Below, one piece after another: positions 61,477 through 64,000 of a stretch of 64,000 bases of DNA. Position 1 is the stretch's first letter. Every line of letters begins with the position of its first letter. Source of the stretch: Lepidodermella squamata. Lineage: Eukaryota; Animalia; Gastrotricha. The DNA lies in contig JBLDXI010000093.1 of assembly GCA_047495785.1 (NCBI GenBank), positions 192,422 to 256,421 on the forward strand. Reading direction: 5' to 3'. The translations under genes were made by a program, and so were the position numbers. The notes under the pieces are model-generated. The model made no database searches. It saw only the letters and a program-made list of their open reading frames with translations, and was not told the DNA's origin.

Positions 61477-63971
61477 GTTTGGATCGCCACAAAGTACTGT
61501 TGAGCTTTCTCAAATGCCAAATCGAAGCTGAATTCTTGCATATCAGTCTGGCCCTGATATTTCATCACGGCCATTTTCGACAGAATTAAGCTTACTTGCG
61601 CCACAAATTTGGTTCCTGACGTTTCAGAAAAAATAACACTGGCCGCTGCAACTGCTGCGCGGCCCCACAGATCGTTCAAAAGCTCTTTTGAATTACTGTT
61701 CAACTCGCTGCCCGAACGGCCCTTGCCCTGACTGGCACGCAAGGAACCATCCTGACGTCGCTCGTCCTGACTGGCACACAAGCGACTGCTCGTTGACCCG
61801 CTATTGCTAATCCTCGACACATCCATCGACGACTCTGCCTCGGACTCCGAATCGGACTCGGCCCCGGCTTCAACCTGCTCAACTACTGGTGCCTTCTTAC
61901 CAGTCTCGGCAGCCTTCTTAGCCGCATTACGCACCCGCCTTCGCCTGTTCTTCCGCTGACTTTTGCTCAACTGCTGTCCCGCTACTCGCTGGCTCGAACC
62001 CTGTGCTGGCTTGCCCGTCCCCGACCCTTGGCCATTGGGTCCTCCTGTGGTTGGCTTGACCACAGTTTTCTCAACACGCTTTTCAGCGCGTTTCTCCGCC
62101 TCAGCCTTGGCCTTTGCCCTGATCGCCTCTGCTTCCGCTAACTGCCTTCTCTTATCTCTCGCTAAACCATCTCTTACATACTGCACGTACGGACATCCGG
62201 CGTAGTTGGTGGTGTGTTTCTGCGTGCAGTTGCGACACCGCATCGCTTCACATACTTTGGCCTTCGCCGCTTCGTCCGTCAGGCCTTGCTCAACGCAAGC
62301 CTTTTTCGCAATTACCACCGGGCAAGCTTCGTCGCCCCTGAAGTGCTCACCGCTACAATCGGGACAGGTTATCGTCTGGCTACATGCCGTCCAGGAGTGG
62401 CCACTACCCTGGCACCGCTGGCAAATTTTCACTTGCGGGCTATAGTCTTTGACTTGCTGCACTCTGCTCGTCAACGCAAAGAAGCCGATAAAACCATTTC
62501 TCAGTTGGGCGTCCGCTTCGTCCTTAGTTTTGAACTCAATAAGGTACGTGCTGTAGCCAGGCCTGCCCTGCTTCAGCTTCACCACAAAAACTGCTCCAAA
62601 ATTCTCCTTATAGTACTTTACTACATCCTCAACAGGCGCCGACGACGGTATGTCGATGGCTTTCACTTTGCGTTCCTCAAGCTTGAAGTCCGCTTGAACT
62701 TTCGGTTTTTCACCAGCTAAAGCCGCCGGAGGATGGGCGTTCGCGTTTGCCCCGAATGCCGGCCTTGACGGGTCTTTCCATGACGGGCTTTCGTAAAATG
62801 CTTTCATAGATGCCTCGTCGGCAAAAACAATCTGCCAACCGCCTTTCGTTTTCGGCAGCATCTTCGCAACCCGGGCACTCGGTGCTATCCTGTGAACTTC
62901 TTGATTCATGAGATACTCGCTATTGAATCGTTGGCCATCGATTCGATCCACCATCGCGCTCAACTTCCAATTAATCGTCGGTTTGCCTCGCCAGTTGCCT
63001 GGTTTAGCGCCGCCCTGGTTCGCCGTCTGAACCGGTGGCTGTCGACGATTCTTCGCCGTCACAGTAATGAATTCTCCTTGACCCTCTTGGCTACCTCGGC
63101 TATCTTCCTCTACTGTCTTCTGCTCTTTTCCTCTCGCCACCGGCTTCCTCGTCACGGTCTTCTTCTCGGCCGCCGGTTTCGCACCATCAGTCTTCAAAAA
63201 CTTCGCTGACTTCATGTCTGACTCGGAAACCGAGGATTCCATGCCAGTAAAGTCAGGCGCTTCGCTAAGGTTGACAAACATGCCATCACCGGCACGTCGC
63301 TTTCGGTCACTGGTCGCGCCTTTCACCGAACCTTGATCCATCGGCGTGTCTTCACCAGCCGTCAAATCTTGAATCATGTCCCTGACTTCACCTTGGTCTA
63401 GCGGCCGCTCGACAGTCTCATCAGCGCCTTCACCTTCCCATGCTGCTCGAATTCTATCCTCTTCTGCTCTCTGTCTCTCTTCGTTCTCATCTCGTCCGGC
63501 ACCACCGCGCAACCGAAGAACCTCGAACAAATTCGACCTTTCTACGGACTCGCTACGCCTGACTTTATCCCTTAGATCAATTTTGCTATCATTTTTGTCA
63601 TTTTTCACGTGATTTTTTACAAGTTCGCGTTCACCTGGGTGAACACCAAACAGGAAACAAAAATGGCCGAGCGACATGACCATATCACACACCACATCAC
63701 AAGCAGCCGTCAATACTCGAATCCTTACAACAGCGGTCGCGAGAAGCGCCGCCCCGCTGAGGATAACAACAGTGCATACCATCTTCCACAAAATCGCTCT
63801 AACAGCGCTATCAAGTATACCCGCGCTGTACTGCGGGGCGTAACAGCAACTCAAAATAGAGAGAAATTCAAGAGAAAATGCTAGGTCGCGGGAAATGCAT
63901 CGTCCGCTAGGAGCGGTTGCTACTACTGCCGCCGCAGAAGGCTTCGGCAGTAACGACGGTCCCGAACACAC
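61461..63971 (-). CDS. LINE family A ORF1, gag-like; start uncertain (track start is GTG, frame open to the window edge, first ATG at 63782)
   Basis: Knuckles CQRCQGSGHSWTAC, CPDCSGEHFRGDEAC, CRNCTQKHTTNYAGC; basic tract; 16-nt overlap with ORF2. Confidence 0.88.
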   Translation of the reverse strand: MCSGPSLLPKPSAAAVVATAPSGRCISRDLAFSLEFLSILSCCYAPQYSAGILDSAVRAILWKMVCTVVILSGAALLATAVVRIRVLTAACDVVCDMVMSLGHFCFLFGVHPGERELVKNHVKNDKNDSKIDLRDKVRRSESVERSNLFEVLRLRGGAGRDENEERQRAEEDRIRAAWEGEGADETVERPLDQGEVRDMIQDLTAGEDTPMDQGSVKGATSDRKRRAGDGMFVNLSEAPDFTGMESSVSESDMKSAKFLKTDGAKPAAEKKTVTRKPVARGKEQKTVEEDSRGSQEGQGEFITVTAKNRRQPPVQTANQGGAKPGNWRGKPTINWKLSAMVDRIDGQRFNSEYLMNQEVHRIAPSARVAKMLPKTKGGWQIVFADEASMKAFYESPSWKDPSRPAFGANANAHPPAALAGEKPKVQADFKLEERKVKAIDIPSSAPVEDVVKYYKENFGAVFVVKLKQGRPGYSTYLIEFKTKDEADAQLRNGFIGFFALTSRVQQVKDYSPQVKICQRCQGSGHSWTACSQTITCPDCSGEHFRGDEACPVVIAKKACVEQGLTDEAAKAKVCEAMRCRNCTQKHTTNYAGCPYVQYVRDGLARDKRRQLAEAEAIRAKAKAEAEKRAEKRVEKTVVKPTTGGPNGQGSGTGKPAQGSSQRVAGQQLSKSQRKNRRRRVRNAAKKAAETGKKAPVVEQVEAGAESDSESEAESSMDVSRISNSGSTSSRLCASQDERRQDGSLRASQGKGRSGSELNSNSKELLNDLWGRAAVAAASVIFSETSGTKFVAQVSLILSKMAVMKYQGQTDMQEFSFDLAFEKAQQYFVAIQTCQDQ

Positions 63972-64000
63972 CGAGCCAACGATGTCTAAGTCAACACTTT

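Larger units (their letters stand above)
58373..64000 (-). mobile_element. Non-LTR retrotransposon family A, copy 2 (5' end beyond the window)
   Basis: A10 tail directly after GATGATACTAA of the spacer target; intact ORF2 and longer ORF1. Confidence 0.95.

Noticed and set aside
1-64000. CRISPR arrays, tRNA genes, prokaryotic systems; species assignment
   Set aside because: The sequence is eukaryotic rDNA with no repeat-spacer array or cloverleaf seen; the taxon cannot be named reliably without a database search

Overview
Eukaryotic (animal) nuclear rDNA tandem array. The basic unit is ~8,459-8,460 bp: 18S-ITS1-5.8S-ITS2-28S on the + strand, then a ~2.15 kb spacer (IGS/ETS) carrying a 5S rRNA gene on the - strand. 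The window holds five complete 18S-5.8S-28S cistrons and one internally deleted 18S/28S fusion unit at the start. Three of the six spacers are interrupted within the same ~13-bp window (GATACTAACCTCAGAAAATT) by minus-strand non-LTR retroelements of three kinds. Family A is an APE+RT LINE with a poly(A) tail (two copies). Family B is an APE+RT LINE with a poly(G) tail and a 14-bp TSD. Element X is ~0.9 kb, non-coding, with a (TC)n tail. On the minus strand the target is the AG|GT junction of one of two paralogous ~95-nt hairpin-forming modules that look like spliced-leader (SL)-type small RNA genes, in tandem upstream of 5S. The visible 5' ends of B and X rebuild that junction and its stem. The candidate undescribed system is a 45S+5S+SL-like composite repeat parasitised by site-specific APE-type LINEs that mimic their target. 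The SL identity is inference (no canonical Sm site). The organism was not identified. The short ORFs over rRNA genes and spacers are spurious.
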